From an uncultured delta proteobacterium (GTDB lineage: Bacteria > Desulfobacterota > WTBG01), in the NCBI GenBank assembly GCA_963793865.1, contig CAWCBP010000008.1, forward strand, positions 64,001 through 128,000: a DNA stretch of 64,000 nt, read 5' to 3'. The first letter of the stretch is position 1. Each line of letters opens with the position of its first letter. A program made the position numbers and the translations under genes. The notes below the pieces were generated by a model. It saw nothing but the letters and a program-made list of their open reading frames with translations, did no database searches and was not told the origin of the DNA. Positions 46,255-56,819 of this stretch are shown piece by piece.

Positions 46255-47575
46255 TGATGTTCCCCAGCAGGGAGACGCCGTCCATGTGGGGGGGTATGGG
46301 CAGGCCCATCATTTCCAGGATGGTCGGCGCAATGTCAATCAGGTAGACATTTTCCCGGTTGGAACTCAATCCCCTGATGTAGAGCAGCGCGTCATGAGAG
46401 GTGTGCATGCCGGAAAATTTTTCCTTGCCGGTGAGATGTTCCTTGCTCAAGGATCCCTTGATGTCGTAGCGCGAATCTGAGGCGAGAACCAGGTCCGGTG
46501 CCTGCTCCGTGTAATCCCCTGAATACAGCTCCTCTTTTCGAAACACCCTGTCAATGCCGGTTATTTTCAAAAAGCCATCGGTAAGTTCCTGCCGCAGCGC
46601 CTCGTAATCAGCCGGATCCACGCACCCCTGGGGCAGCTTGCCCTTCAGGTTGATGTACACCCTGCCGGGGTCGAGGATGAACGCCCGGGACGCGGGATCG
46701 ATGTCCTTGATTGATTCCGGCGGCTCCCGCTTGAGCCTGAGATAGCCCTTTTCCATAAGCCAGGTATTGGGGTACAGTTCCTTTTCGATCAGCGTGAAGC
46801 CGTGGTCCGCGGTAATGATCAGGTTCACCTCTTTTCCCACCGATGAAACAATCTTCTTGATTATTTTGTCAAGCGCCCGGTAGTATTCCAGAAATTTCTC
46901 ATGATACGCCGATTTGCTGTCCACAAAATCATGCCAGAAATAATGGTGAAGGCGGTCGGTCCCGGTGAAGGTGGCGATAAAGAGGTCCCATTCCTCCTTC
47001 TTGAGCAGGTGAAGAATTGCATCTCTGCGCTTTTCCAGGGTATAGAAGAGATCTTTAAAAAACTCGTCCTTCTTTTCAGCCGCCTCCCGGTAATTCACAT
47101 CAATGCGGTAGTCCATCTCCTTGAGCCTGTGGTAGAGATCAGGCGGATAGACCCCCTTTTCCAGGTCAAGGGCGACGAATCCGGAAATGAGCATGCCGTT
47201 TAACGGTTTCGCGGGATAGGTCTGGGGTATGTTGACGGCAATGGTTTTCTTATTCTGCTCTCCAAGAATATCCCAGAGCGTCGGAGCCTTGATGTGCGAG
47301 GAGTTGGTAAAATAGATGTCATAGGAATCAGGCTTTCGTTCCATAAAGCCATAGATGCCGTGCTTGCCGGGATTGACACCGGTGATGAGGCTCGTCCAGG
47401 CGACCGAGGACACCGGGGGGATGGCGGATCTCATCTCGCGCATCAGCCCCTGCCTGCTTAATGTGCCCAGGAAGGGGGTAACGCCCATCTTGATGAAGTT
47501 ATTGATGATGCGGAACGGCACTCCGTCGAGGCCGATTACCAGCACTTTCTCCTTATCATGGTGACGTCTTCCCAT
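46241..47575 (-). CDS. AlkP superfamily (type I phosphodiesterase / nucleotide pyrophosphatase-like) protein
   Basis: [40 protein letters not shown]. Confidence 0.88.
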   Translation of the reverse strand: MGRRHHDKEKVLVIGLDGVPFRIINNFIKMGVTPFLGTLSRQGLMREMRSAIPPVSSVAWTSLITGVNPGKHGIYGFMERKPDSYDIYFTNSSHIKAPTLWDILGEQNKKTIAVNIPQTYPAKPLNGMLISGFVALDLEKGVYPPDLYHRLKEMDYRIDVNYREAAEKKDEFFKDLFYTLEKRRDAILHLLKKEEWDLFIATFTGTDRLHHYFWHDFVDSKSAYHEKFLEYYRALDKIIKKIVSSVGKEVNLIITADHGFTLIEKELYPNTWLMEKGYLRLKREPPESIKDIDPASRAFILDPGRVYINLKGKLPQGCVDPADYEALRQELTDGFLKITGIDRVFRKEELYSGDYTEQAPDLVLASDSRYDIKGSLSKEHLTGKEKFSGMHTSHDALLYIRGLSSNRENVYLIDIAPTILEMMGLPIPPHMDGVSLLGNIISRG

Positions 47576-47580
47576 CAACT

Positions 47581-48441
47581 TCAGCATGCGCGGCTCTTTT
47601 CCTCCCAGTGTTTTTTCAGTTTCTCAAAAAGTTCAAAGGGGATCTTGAGTCCGCCCCTTCCTTTCCCCAGCTCGATTCCCTCCACGTTGGCTCCGTGAAA
47701 ATCGCTTCCCCCGGTGATGAGCAGGTTGTGTCGTCCGGCAAGCGACTCATACACGGAGATCTGTTTTGAGCTGTGCTCGGTGTAATAGACCTCGATTCCC
47801 GCCAGCCCAAGCGACACCAGATTTAAGACCAGGCGTTCGAGCTCATCAGCGCTCGCGCAGTTGAGCGTGAAGGGGTGGGCCAGCACGGGAACGCCCCCGG
47901 CTTCAGTAATCATGCTGATCGCCTGGGCCGGCTCCAGCCTGAATTTATCAAAGTATGCGGGCGCGCCCTTGCCCAGGAAGCGGTCAAATGCCTCCTGGAT
48001 GCTCCTCGTGTAGCCCTTCTGCAGAAGCACCTGGGCGATGTGCGGCCTTCCCACCTGGCCTCCGCCTGAAATATCAATCACCTCCTGGTAGTTTATGCGG
48101 ACCCCCAGCTCATTGAGCTTTTGGATGATCCTGGGGTTTCTGTCCGCGCGGCTGTCCTGCAGCAGCCGCAGCTTTTCGCTGAGGGCCGTGCTTTGTGCGT
48201 CAATGAAAAAGCCGAGCATGTGCATGCTGCCCGGTGAATGGTCAACGCTTATTTCAACCCCCGGCACGACGGTGACCGCCGTGCGCTCTCCCTCGGCCAT
48301 GGCTTCGGCATTGCCTTCTATGGTATCGTGGTCGGTGACGGCAATGACCGTGAGCCCTTTCTCTTTGGCATAGCGGACAAGCTGGGAAGGGGTGAGAGAG
48401 CCGTCAGAGGCGGTGGTATGGGTGTGAAGGTCGATGGACAT
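47581..48441 (-). CDS. PHP-domain phosphoesterase (TrpH-like)
   Basis: DLHTHTTASDG, TDHD, GVEIS, AHP, GGSDFHG. Confidence 0.92.
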   Translation of the reverse strand: MSIDLHTHTTASDGSLTPSQLVRYAKEKGLTVIAVTDHDTIEGNAEAMAEGERTAVTVVPGVEISVDHSPGSMHMLGFFIDAQSTALSEKLRLLQDSRADRNPRIIQKLNELGVRINYQEVIDISGGGQVGRPHIAQVLLQKGYTRSIQEAFDRFLGKGAPAYFDKFRLEPAQAISMITEAGGVPVLAHPFTLNCASADELERLVLNLVSLGLAGIEVYYTEHSSKQISVYESLAGRHNLLITGGSDFHGANVEGIELGKGRGGLKIPFELFEKLKKHWEEKSRAC

Positions 48442-48478
48442 ATGAGCTGTGTTCCTGTGTGCGTTATGGCAGGAGAGT

Positions 48479-48503
48479 ATTCGCGGCTGAAAGCCGCTCC
48501 TAC
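48479..48503 (-). repeat. GTAG REP
   Basis: ATTCGCGGCTGAAAGCCGCTCCTAC. Confidence 0.75.
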
Positions 48504-48568
48504 CGGTTTTTAAATCCGAAATCCGAATATCAGATTTCGCGCTTCGAATTTATGGTTCAATTCATTAA

Positions 48569-48717
48569 TGTCCAAAACAAGATAATTGCATTTTGATTTT
48601 AATAAACTGTTTACATGAGATTGCTTCGTCGCTTATGCTCCTCGCAATGACCCCATTGGTGCGGCATCCCTTGATTTTGTCATTGCGAGCGAAGCGCGGC
48701 AATCTCGTTTTTGGACA
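48569..48717. mobile_element. ~149-bp MITE-like element, copy A
   Basis: TGTCCAAAA/TTTTGGACA ends; inverted copy at 61376-61523. Confidence 0.7.
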
Positions 48718-48726
48718 AGACTGAGT

Positions 48727-50133
48727 TCAATTATGGTTGGTCAGTATCTTACCCCTCATGTCCTCAGGTACCGGGACGCCCATCATGCGCAGAACCGTGG
48801 GGGCGATATCGAGAATGTCCATGTCCTGACGGAATGAGGCAGGCATGTGAGCCCCGGTACGGGGATCGTGTATGATGCAGATGCCCTCCTGGGCATGGTT
48901 CGCGTCATCCGGCCCGATATCATTATCGAAGGTCAAAATGGTGCCGTGACCGATGCTGCCCACGGACCTCCACCTGAGGTCCCCGAAATAGACGATGAGC
49001 TCCGGCGGTATGCCGCGGGCCGCGGGATAGATGGCTTCCGGCTTAAAGACCCGGGTGCCGAGGGGGTTCCCCTTTTCATCGCGCATGGCCTCCAGCTTTC
49101 GCGCGATTTCCGATCGAGTTTCTTCATAGTTCTGGGGAAGCACCACACCCCGGGGTTCGCGTCCCTTGAGGTTAAAAAATATGCGGGAGTAATACCCGCC
49201 CTCGCCCCAGCAGATGGTGCGCGACCAGTCGATTTTCGCCTTTGCCAGAGAGACGATGCCCGGCGGTTTTTCCAGCAGCGTAAGATAACCTTCCTGGAGC
49301 AGCCATTCATTGATGCACACCCCGCCCTCCATCGCCTGCGCCCCGTGGTCGGACACAATGAAGGTGACCGTACTGCTGTCGGTCAGGGCCAGAAGCTCGC
49401 CCAGCTCCCGGTCAAGGTATTTGTAATAATCAAGCACCGCGTGAGCGTATGGGGATCCCGGTTCGTGCTTTCTGTGGCCGGCATCAAAGAATTTCCAGAA
49501 GCCGTGATGCATCCGGTCCGGCCCGATCTCCACCATCATGAAGAAATCCCAGGGCTTCCTGCTGAGCAGGTGTTTTGCCACCCTGAACCGCTTGCCGGTC
49601 ATTTCATAAATTTGTTTCAGCAGCAGCTCCTTGTTTTCGGTTCTGAAGTTGTCCACGTCGAACACGTAGGTGCCGACCAGCTTTTCCACCTCTCCCTTGA
49701 GCTCCGGGGGATAGGTGTATTGGCAGCTGCTGTCGGGGGTCAATATGCAGGATATGAGCAGTCCGTTGACCGGCTGCGGCGGATAGGTCTGAGGGACGCC
49801 GACCACGATGACCTGCTTCCCCATCCGCGATAGAATATCCCACAGCCTCTCTTCCTTCACCGAGAAGCTGTTGACCATGGTAAGGCCGTCGTAGGAGTGA
49901 TCCAGCCGGTTGCGAAAGCCATAGATGCCCAGCGCTCCCGGGTCTTTACCCGTCGTCATGCAGGCCCAGGCGGGAACGGTGATCGGCGGGATGCAGCTCC
50001 GCAACGGGCCGTACATGCCGTTCTGCAAAAGGCGCTTGATGGTGGGCAGATGGTCCAGCCAGCGATCGAATACCAGCCGGGGGGAAAGACAATCAAGGCC
50101 GATGACCAAAACCCGCTTTTCTTTGGTAGACAC
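48727..50133 (-). CDS. AlkP superfamily (type I phosphodiesterase-like) protein
   Basis: IGLDC, PPITVPAW, DRMHH, SDHG, GPDDANHA, DIAPT. Confidence 0.88.
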   Translation of the reverse strand: MSTKEKRVLVIGLDCLSPRLVFDRWLDHLPTIKRLLQNGMYGPLRSCIPPITVPAWACMTTGKDPGALGIYGFRNRLDHSYDGLTMVNSFSVKEERLWDILSRMGKQVIVVGVPQTYPPQPVNGLLISCILTPDSSCQYTYPPELKGEVEKLVGTYVFDVDNFRTENKELLLKQIYEMTGKRFRVAKHLLSRKPWDFFMMVEIGPDRMHHGFWKFFDAGHRKHEPGSPYAHAVLDYYKYLDRELGELLALTDSSTVTFIVSDHGAQAMEGGVCINEWLLQEGYLTLLEKPPGIVSLAKAKIDWSRTICWGEGGYYSRIFFNLKGREPRGVVLPQNYEETRSEIARKLEAMRDEKGNPLGTRVFKPEAIYPAARGIPPELIVYFGDLRWRSVGSIGHGTILTFDNDIGPDDANHAQEGICIIHDPRTGAHMPASFRQDMDILDIAPTVLRMMGVPVPEDMRGKILTNHN

Positions 50134-50145
50134 GTATCCGCCGTA

Positions 50146-51312
50146 TTATTTTTTTTCATTCCCCTCGCGGTAGGAGCTGATGAGTATTTCCGCGATCTCG
50201 GGCCTGGTGAATTCCCGGGGGGGTGTTTCACCTTTGACCAGCATGTTTCTCACCGCCGTTCCGCTGAGGGCAATGTGCTCCTTCGCGTCGTGGGGACAGG
50301 TTTTGCTCGACGCCATGCCGTCACAGCTTTTGCAGTAAAAGGTGTGGTCGAAAAAGAGCGGTGAGATGCCTATCTCGTTGGGTGCAAATTCATCGAAGAT
50401 GTAGTGGGCGTCATAGGTTCCGTAGAAGCTTCCAACCCCGGCGTGGTCCCTCCCCACGATGAAATGGGTGCATCCGTAATTTTTTCTCACCAGGGCGTGG
50501 AAAATTGCCTCCCGCGGCCCCGCGTAGCGCATGGCGGCGGGGAAGACGGACAAAACGGTCCGTGTCTCGGGGTAATAATTTTTCAGCAGCATTTCATAGC
50601 AGCGCATCCTCACCGTCGCGGGGATGTCGTCTCCCTTTGTCTCTCCCACCAGGGGATGAATGAGCAGTCCGTCCACGGTCTCCAGCGCGCATTTCTGGAT
50701 GTATTCATGGGCGCGGTGAATGGGATTGCGCGTCTGAAATGCGACGATGCGCTTCCAGCCTTTGGAGTTGAAGAGCAGGCGCGTTTCCCGGGGATCGAGC
50801 CGGTAATTGAGAAAGTGCTCGTGGCGGGGACGGTTGAGCAGGCTGATTTTACCGCCCAGGTAGGTGTCTCCGGAAGCATTGAGATACTGCACTCCCGGGT
50901 GGCTTTGATCGGTGGTCTTTAAAACGGCCGCGGCCTCTTTCTCTTTATCACAGTGATACTTTTCCTCGAGGTGCAGAACGCCCAGGAGATAATCACCCTG
51001 ACCATAGAGGGCGACATCATTTCCCTCCCGGTAGCGATGGCCTTCTTCTCCGGCAATGGCCAGCGTTACGGGAATAGTCCAGGGGAGACCGTTGGGCAGC
51101 CGCATCAGGTCAATGACGCTTGTATATTCCGAACTGCGCATGAACCCTTCAAACGGGCTCAGGGCGCCCACGGCTATCATCTCCAGGTCAGAAACTTCTC
51201 TCGGGTTGAGGTGAATCTTCGGGAGGGATGGCGCTTTTCCCAACAGCTGCTCTCTTTCATTGCCTTTGGCGACTCTGTCAATAAGCACCCCTCCATGCGG
51301 TAATATTGGCAT
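50146..51312 (-). CDS. sat: Sulfate adenylyltransferase (ATP sulfurylase)
   Basis: [37 protein letters not shown]. Confidence 0.96.
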   Translation of the reverse strand: MPILPHGGVLIDRVAKGNEREQLLGKAPSLPKIHLNPREVSDLEMIAVGALSPFEGFMRSSEYTSVIDLMRLPNGLPWTIPVTLAIAGEEGHRYREGNDVALYGQGDYLLGVLHLEEKYHCDKEKEAAAVLKTTDQSHPGVQYLNASGDTYLGGKISLLNRPRHEHFLNYRLDPRETRLLFNSKGWKRIVAFQTRNPIHRAHEYIQKCALETVDGLLIHPLVGETKGDDIPATVRMRCYEMLLKNYYPETRTVLSVFPAAMRYAGPREAIFHALVRKNYGCTHFIVGRDHAGVGSFYGTYDAHYIFDEFAPNEIGISPLFFDHTFYCKSCDGMASSKTCPHDAKEHIALSGTAVRNMLVKGETPPREFTRPEIAEILISSYREGNEKK

Positions 51313-51716
51313 TGCTTTCTCCTTTCACTATTTATTTAATGAGATGTTTGGGTCTGGTCAACAGTGCATCAGTTTTAAATCAGCTCTTTGTGTGGAGACG
51401 GTGATCATGGGCGAAGCCGATATTTTTGTGCAATTGTTATTTAACCTATTGAAAATAAAACTTTTTCAAGCGCAGACCGTTTTTAATTACGTGAATTTTC
51501 AGGCTTTAATCTTCTTTTTTATATCCGGGTTTGCCGCTTGAAACAATATTTCTTAAAACATAAATAACCATATCTGTAACGGAATTGAATCCCAGGTTCG
51601 TTTTAATCAACTTAATATGGTTATATAAGGGCCGGGGAATTTTGATTGTAACCTTATCTTTTTTATTGTAATCGTTCATGTCTTTTAGGCTCTTATAATA
51701 TTACTATAGGAGTGAA

Positions 51717-51744
51717 AGAATATCATACCACATTTGAGTGTCAA
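51717..51744 (-). promoter_or_regulatory. Candidate sigma70 promoter facing sat
   Basis: TTGACA-16 nt-TATTCT with TG extension on the minus strand. Confidence 0.4.
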
Positions 51745-51917
51745 GGCATTTTTACCCGTCTGCCTTTCAGGTTTTGCAGCGGTGAATAAAATTCCTCTCA
51801 TAGGGTTATAACTTGACGCAAAATAAAATCAATGGTATTTAAAATACTTATAAAGAAAGGTCTTTTCATGTATTCTTCTAGCGGGCCTGCCTGTGCAGGC
51901 AACAGGACTGTTGCGTC

Positions 51918-53621
51918 ATGACCGTAAAAACCATAAAACCGTTGAGCGAAATAATAATCGAATCAGGGAAAGTGAGCAGGGAGAAACTGGAGAAGGTGAT
52001 GGCAACCCCCTCTCCGACTGCGGAAGGCTTGGGCCAGCGCCTGGTAAATCTGGGCCTAATCTCTGAGACAGCGCTTCTGGAACTTATGGGTGAATATTTA
52101 GATATTCCCGTCATTTCTTTGAAAGAATTTACCCACCAGACCGTCATGCCGGAAAGCCTCTCGGAAAAATTTATGAGGCAATATCGGTTTGTTCCCCTCA
52201 CGATCGAGAATAACGTCCTGACTATCGCGGTGAGCGATCCCTACGACATTTATACCTGCGACGCGGTGAGAATGGCCACCAACTGTGAGGTCAAGGTCAA
52301 TCTCGCCCGGGAGGAGGAGATCCTGGACGCCGTGGGCAAGCTCTTTAACACCGACAGTTCCTCCATGGGCAGAATCATCGAGGATATCGGCAAGGATACG
52401 GATGAAGTGTCCATCGATGATGAGGGAGACGTTGATCACCTGAAGGATCTCGCGTCTGAAGCGCCGGTCATCCGTCTGGTAAATCTGCTCATCACCCGGG
52501 CCATCGAGCTTCGGGCCAGCGATATTCACTGGGAGCCGTTCGAGGGGGACTTTAAGGTGCGCTATCGCATCGACGGCGTTCTCCAGGACGTGGAGGCCCC
52601 TCCCAAGCGGCTTCAGGCGGCGGTCATTTCCAGGATAAAAATCATGGCCAAATTGAATATAGCGGAGAGGCGTCTTCCCCAGGACGGGCGCATCAAGCTG
52701 CGGGTTTTGGGAAAGGAGATCGATTTTCGTGTCTCCACGTTGCCCACCATGTACGGCGAGAGCGTGGTCTTGAGAATCCTGGACCGTGAGGCTGTCATCC
52801 TTAATTTGGAGCGGCTTGGTTTTCCCGAGTATGATCTGCAAAAGTTTAGAGACTTAATCATCAGGCCCTATGGTATCATCCTGGTGACCGGCCCTACCGG
52901 GAGCGGCAAGACAACCACCCTGTATGCGGCTTTAAGCGAAATCAATTCCCCGGAGAAAAAGATTATTACGGTAGAAGATCCCATAGAATATCAGCTAGGA
53001 GGCGTCAACCAGGTCCAGGTTAAATCCACTATTGGATTGAGTTTTGCGAATATCCTGCGATCCATACTGCGACAGGACCCTGACATTATTATGATCGGTG
53101 AGATTCGTGATGCTGAAACGGCGGAGATTGCCATTCATGCGGCCCTGACCGGTCATCTTGTTTTCAGCACCCTGCATACCAATGACGCGGCAGGTGCGGT
53201 AACCAGGCTGCTGGAGATGGGAATGGAAAACTACCTGATTTCGTCCAGCATGCTGGGAATAATGGCGCAGCGTCTGGTGAGGATCATATGCCCCGAGTGC
53301 AAGGAACCATACACGCCCGAGATCGGTGTTCTCGAGGAGCTTGAGGTCGACAAGCAGGAGGCACGGGGGCAAACGGTTTTCAAGGGCAGAGGATGTGAGA
53401 AGTGCGCCGGAACGGGATTCCGGGGCCGGCAGGGCATTTATGAACTGCTGCCGATTAATGACGATATCCGGGAGCTGATCCTGGAAAAATCCCCTTCCAA
53501 CGTAATAAAAGATAAAGGCAGATCGATTGGCATGAAGACCCTGCGGGAAGCGGGATGGGACAAGGTGCGGAGGGGAATCAGCACCGTCTCGGAGGTGCTG
53601 CGGGTGACGCAGGTGGAATAG
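51918..53621 (+). CDS. gspE: Type II secretion ATPase
   Basis: ASDIH, GPTGSGKTTT, EDP, RQDPD, tetracysteine motif. Confidence 0.95.
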   Translation: MTVKTIKPLSEIIIESGKVSREKLEKVMATPSPTAEGLGQRLVNLGLISETALLELMGEYLDIPVISLKEFTHQTVMPESLSEKFMRQYRFVPLTIENNVLTIAVSDPYDIYTCDAVRMATNCEVKVNLAREEEILDAVGKLFNTDSSSMGRIIEDIGKDTDEVSIDDEGDVDHLKDLASEAPVIRLVNLLITRAIELRASDIHWEPFEGDFKVRYRIDGVLQDVEAPPKRLQAAVISRIKIMAKLNIAERRLPQDGRIKLRVLGKEIDFRVSTLPTMYGESVVLRILDREAVILNLERLGFPEYDLQKFRDLIIRPYGIILVTGPTGSGKTTTLYAALSEINSPEKKIITVEDPIEYQLGGVNQVQVKSTIGLSFANILRSILRQDPDIIMIGEIRDAETAEIAIHAALTGHLVFSTLHTNDAAGAVTRLLEMGMENYLISSSMLGIMAQRLVRIICPECKEPYTPEIGVLEELEVDKQEARGQTVFKGRGCEKCAGTGFRGRQGIYELLPINDDIRELILEKSPSNVIKDKGRSIGMKTLREAGWDKVRRGISTVSEVLRVTQVE

Positions 53622-53662
53622 GAGGAGCAGAAGTAAGGAGTCAGAAGTCGAGAATAAACCCG

Positions 53663-53712
53663 GTAGGAGCGGCTTTCGGCCGCGAATACATCGCACATGA
53701 ATGTGCTCCTAC
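53663..53712. repeat. GTAG REP inverted doublet
   Basis: GTAGGAGCGGCTTTCGGCCGCGAATACATCGCAC...GTGCTCCTAC. Confidence 0.8.
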
Positions 53713-53856
53713 CAGAATCGAAATAAGGCAGGGGTTTGGAATATTATAAATTCGGATTAAGGATGTGCCGGATGTCTGGTGTTGCACATTGGTTTCGTTC
53801 CTCACCTGCATCATGCATCATGTATCCTGCATCATTAACTAAAAGAGGCTCCCACA

Positions 53857-55077
53857 GTGCCGGAATTTGCCTACAAGGCCACGGACAGCACGGGTAAGAT
53901 CGTTGAGGGGTTGATGGACGCCCCCGGGAAGCAGGGTGTCATCAGCAAGCTGCAGTCCCTCGGGTACATTCCCATAAAGATCGACCACCCCGGCAGGGCG
54001 CGAAGTTTTTCGCTCAACATTGACCTGTTCGCCTTCTTTAAAAGGGTTTCTTCGCGGGACATCATGACCTTCACCCAGCAGCTCTCCACCCTGCTTTCCG
54101 CGGGGTTGCCCCTCGATAAAAGCCTTTCAATCGTGGCTGAGTTGACTGACAAGGGCGAGCTGAAGAGGGTTGTCACCGATGTGCTGAACGGTATCCAGGG
54201 AGGCATGTCATTTGCCGATGCCCTGGGCAGGCATCCCAGGGTTTTTTCTAAATTATACGTGAACATGATACGGGCAGGCGAAGCGGGGGGTGTGCTGGAG
54301 CTGATTCTGGAACGTCTGGTCGATTTCCTGGAAAGCTCCCAGGAGCTGAAAGAGTACATTACCTCCTCGATGATCTATCCCATTCTGCTTACCGGCGTGT
54401 GCGGACTTACCATCGTGCTGCTTTTGACCTTCATCATACCCAAGTTTTCCGCCATGTTTGAAGACGTGGGGAAAGGGGTACCCGCGTCGGCCCAGCTGCT
54501 GATGGGAGCAAGCGAGGCGATTAAGAGCTATTGGTGGGTGGCCCTGGGACTGATTGCCGCCGCTGTGTACGGATTCAGGAAATTTCTTGCCACCGAAAAG
54601 GGAAGGGTGCAATGGGACGCGTTTAAGCTGAAGCTGATTATGGTGAAGACGCTGGTGCAGAAAATCGAGGTGGCCCGTTTTTCCCGGACCCTGGGAACGC
54701 TCATGAAGAGCGGCGTTCCCATTCTGCAGTCAATCAACATTGTGAAGGAAACCATCAGCAACGTGATAATTGCCGGCTCCCTGACCGGTATCCACGAGGG
54801 CATCAAGCAGGGGAAAGGCATCTCGGGTCCCCTGAAAAATGCCCGCACCTTTCCCGCCCTTGCCATCCACATGATCACCGTGGGTGAAGAGACGGGGAGG
54901 CTGGATGAGATGCTGCTCAAGGTGGCCGACACCTACGACCAGGATGTGCGCAATGCCATAAAGCGCCTGATATCACTGCTTGAGCCCTGCCTCATTCTGT
55001 TTATGGCATTCGTGGTGGGCGCAATCGTTATCACCATGCTGCTGGCCATTATCAGTGTCAATGATATTAAATTTTAA
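53857..55077 (+). CDS. gspF: Type II secretion inner-membrane platform protein
   Basis: AGEAGG, YP, GEETGRLD, LEP motifs. Confidence 0.93.
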   Translation: MPEFAYKATDSTGKIVEGLMDAPGKQGVISKLQSLGYIPIKIDHPGRARSFSLNIDLFAFFKRVSSRDIMTFTQQLSTLLSAGLPLDKSLSIVAELTDKGELKRVVTDVLNGIQGGMSFADALGRHPRVFSKLYVNMIRAGEAGGVLELILERLVDFLESSQELKEYITSSMIYPILLTGVCGLTIVLLLTFIIPKFSAMFEDVGKGVPASAQLLMGASEAIKSYWWVALGLIAAAVYGFRKFLATEKGRVQWDAFKLKLIMVKTLVQKIEVARFSRTLGTLMKSGVPILQSINIVKETISNVIIAGSLTGIHEGIKQGKGISGPLKNARTFPALAIHMITVGEETGRLDEMLLKVADTYDQDVRNAIKRLISLLEPCLILFMAFVVGAIVITMLLAIISVNDIKF

Positions 55078-55106
55078 TGCCCAATCTTTAAAGACAGGAG
55101 GCTGTC

Positions 55107-55550
55107 ATGAAAGAGCAGGAGAGAAAAAACCATATGCGGACAGCGGGTTTTACCCTGATCGAGCTGCTGGTAGTGCTGGTGATCATCGGGCTGCTCGGCG
55201 CGATTGTTGCTCCCCGGTTTATTGGAAAGGGTGAAAAGGCAAAGCCTCAGATTGCCAGGCAGCAGATAGAGTTGCTGGGCACGGCGCTGGACACCTATAA
55301 ACTCGATATCGGGAACTATCCGGAAAGCCTTAATCTGCTCATCGAGACCGGCCAGGAGGAAATGAGCAAGTGGGATGGCCCCTACCTGGCAAAGAAGGTC
55401 ATTCCCAAGGATCCCTGGGGCCGTGAATACGTCTATAAGTATCCCGGCGAAAACAGCGAGTACGACCTGACCTCGTATGGCAAAGACGGGGAAGAAGGAG
55501 GGGAAGGGCTCAACCGGGATATCAACAGCTGGGAAGTGGATGAGCAATAG
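55107..55550 (+). CDS. gspG: Major pseudopilin
   Basis: GFTLIE, WDGPYL, DPWG, SYGKDG. Confidence 0.95.
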   Translation: MKEQERKNHMRTAGFTLIELLVVLVIIGLLGAIVAPRFIGKGEKAKPQIARQQIELLGTALDTYKLDIGNYPESLNLLIETGQEEMSKWDGPYLAKKVIPKDPWGREYVYKYPGENSEYDLTSYGKDGEEGGEGLNRDINSWEVDEQ

Positions 55551-55577
55551 CATCACCTTCAAGCACACGTCGGGAAG

Positions 55578-56183
55578 GTGCCGGTTGTTCATGAGAATGC
55601 TATGGTTACCGGGAGTTTCAAACTGAAATACAGGTCTCAGACGGGGTTCACCCTCATCGAGCTGATTCTCGTCCTGGTCATAGCGGGATTCATCATCTCC
55701 CTGGTCGCTCCTGCCATTACCTCAACCACCGGGCTGCATCTCAGAACCGCGGCCAAGAGGGTTGCCGCCGGCCTGCGCTATGCCCGGAGCCAGGCGGTTA
55801 CCACGGGCAGCGTCTACCAGATTGTGTTTGACATTGATGAGAACGAGATGATCATCGAGCGTATCGTGGAGGAGGATCCCTACGCTTTGCAAACCGGGGG
55901 AAGCCGGTGGGGGGAAGAAGAGGAGGTTGATGAAGAAGGAAGCGAGGGCGCCGGCGGCATGAATTATGAAAAGAAAACCTACCGCCTCCCCAAGGGCGTC
56001 ACCATAGCCAGTGTGGTCACTGATGGAGAAGAGATTGACCAGGGGGAGGCTCTGATAGAGTTTTATCCCAACGGAAGCTGCTCGGGTGGTGATGTTTTTT
56101 TGATGGACAGCAAGGAGCGGGTCTTCCGGGTGGCGCTGGAATTTATAACCGGCATCGTGACCATCGGGGAAGAGGAAACGTAG
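55578..56183 (+). CDS. gspH: Minor pseudopilin
   Basis: GFTLIE, ARSQAV, FYPNGS. Confidence 0.85.
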   Translation: MPVVHENAMVTGSFKLKYRSQTGFTLIELILVLVIAGFIISLVAPAITSTTGLHLRTAAKRVAAGLRYARSQAVTTGSVYQIVFDIDENEMIIERIVEEDPYALQTGGSRWGEEEEVDEEGSEGAGGMNYEKKTYRLPKGVTIASVVTDGEEIDQGEALIEFYPNGSCSGGDVFLMDSKERVFRVALEFITGIVTIGEEET

Positions 56184-56239
56184 GAGCGAGAGGCGATGTG
56201 GGATGTGGGATGTGCGATCTGCGATAAAGAATAACCCCG

Positions 56240-56263
56240 GTAGGAGCGGCTTTAGCCGCGAAT
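56240..56263 (+). repeat. GTAG REP
   Basis: GTAGGAGCGGCTTTAGCCGCGAAT. Confidence 0.8.
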
Positions 56264-56380
56264 GTATTGCTATGCGTGATGTGCGATATGGGATGCAAAG
56301 CAGAAAACCGCCATCCAGTACTCCATCACTCCAATGCTCCATCACTCCAGCACTGTCACACGGCAGGAGTCAGTATCCAT

Positions 56381-56818
56381 ATGAAATCATCCGCTGACAA
56401 GGGCTTTACCCTCCTGGAGATTCTTCTGGCCATTGCCATCCTGGGGGTGGCGGTCACCGTGATCATGCAGCAGTTCTCAGCCGGCCTGCGCATAGCCAGG
56501 ACTTCAAAGACCTATACCACCGCAACCATTTACGCCAAGCAGATGCTGGAAGAGTACCTCCTCGCTGAGGAGATGGAGGAAGGGGAGGCGTCCGGAACCT
56601 TCGATGACGGCTTTACCTGGAATGTGAGCATAGCGCCCTACGAGGATTATATGGAGGATGAGGGCGCAACCGAGGAACAGCAGGAACTCTATGAATACCT
56701 TCCCCTGGAAATGTTCCGAGTCGAGTCGGTTGTCTCCTGGATGGAGGGCGGCAGGGAAAAGAGCGTGGCCCTGGCTACGCTGAAGACGGTCAAAAAGACG
56801 GAAGAAGACACGATGTAA
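56381..56818 (+). CDS. gspI: Minor pseudopilin
   Basis: GFTLLE prepilin motif; operon position. Confidence 0.8.
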   Translation: MKSSADKGFTLLEILLAIAILGVAVTVIMQQFSAGLRIARTSKTYTTATIYAKQMLEEYLLAEEMEEGEASGTFDDGFTWNVSIAPYEDYMEDEGATEEQQELYEYLPLEMFRVESVVSWMEGGREKSVALATLKTVKKTEEDTM

Positions 56819-56819
56819 T

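Noticed and set aside
50146..51312. sat as proof of dissimilatory sulfate reduction
   Set aside because: No apr, qmo or dsr genes in the window.
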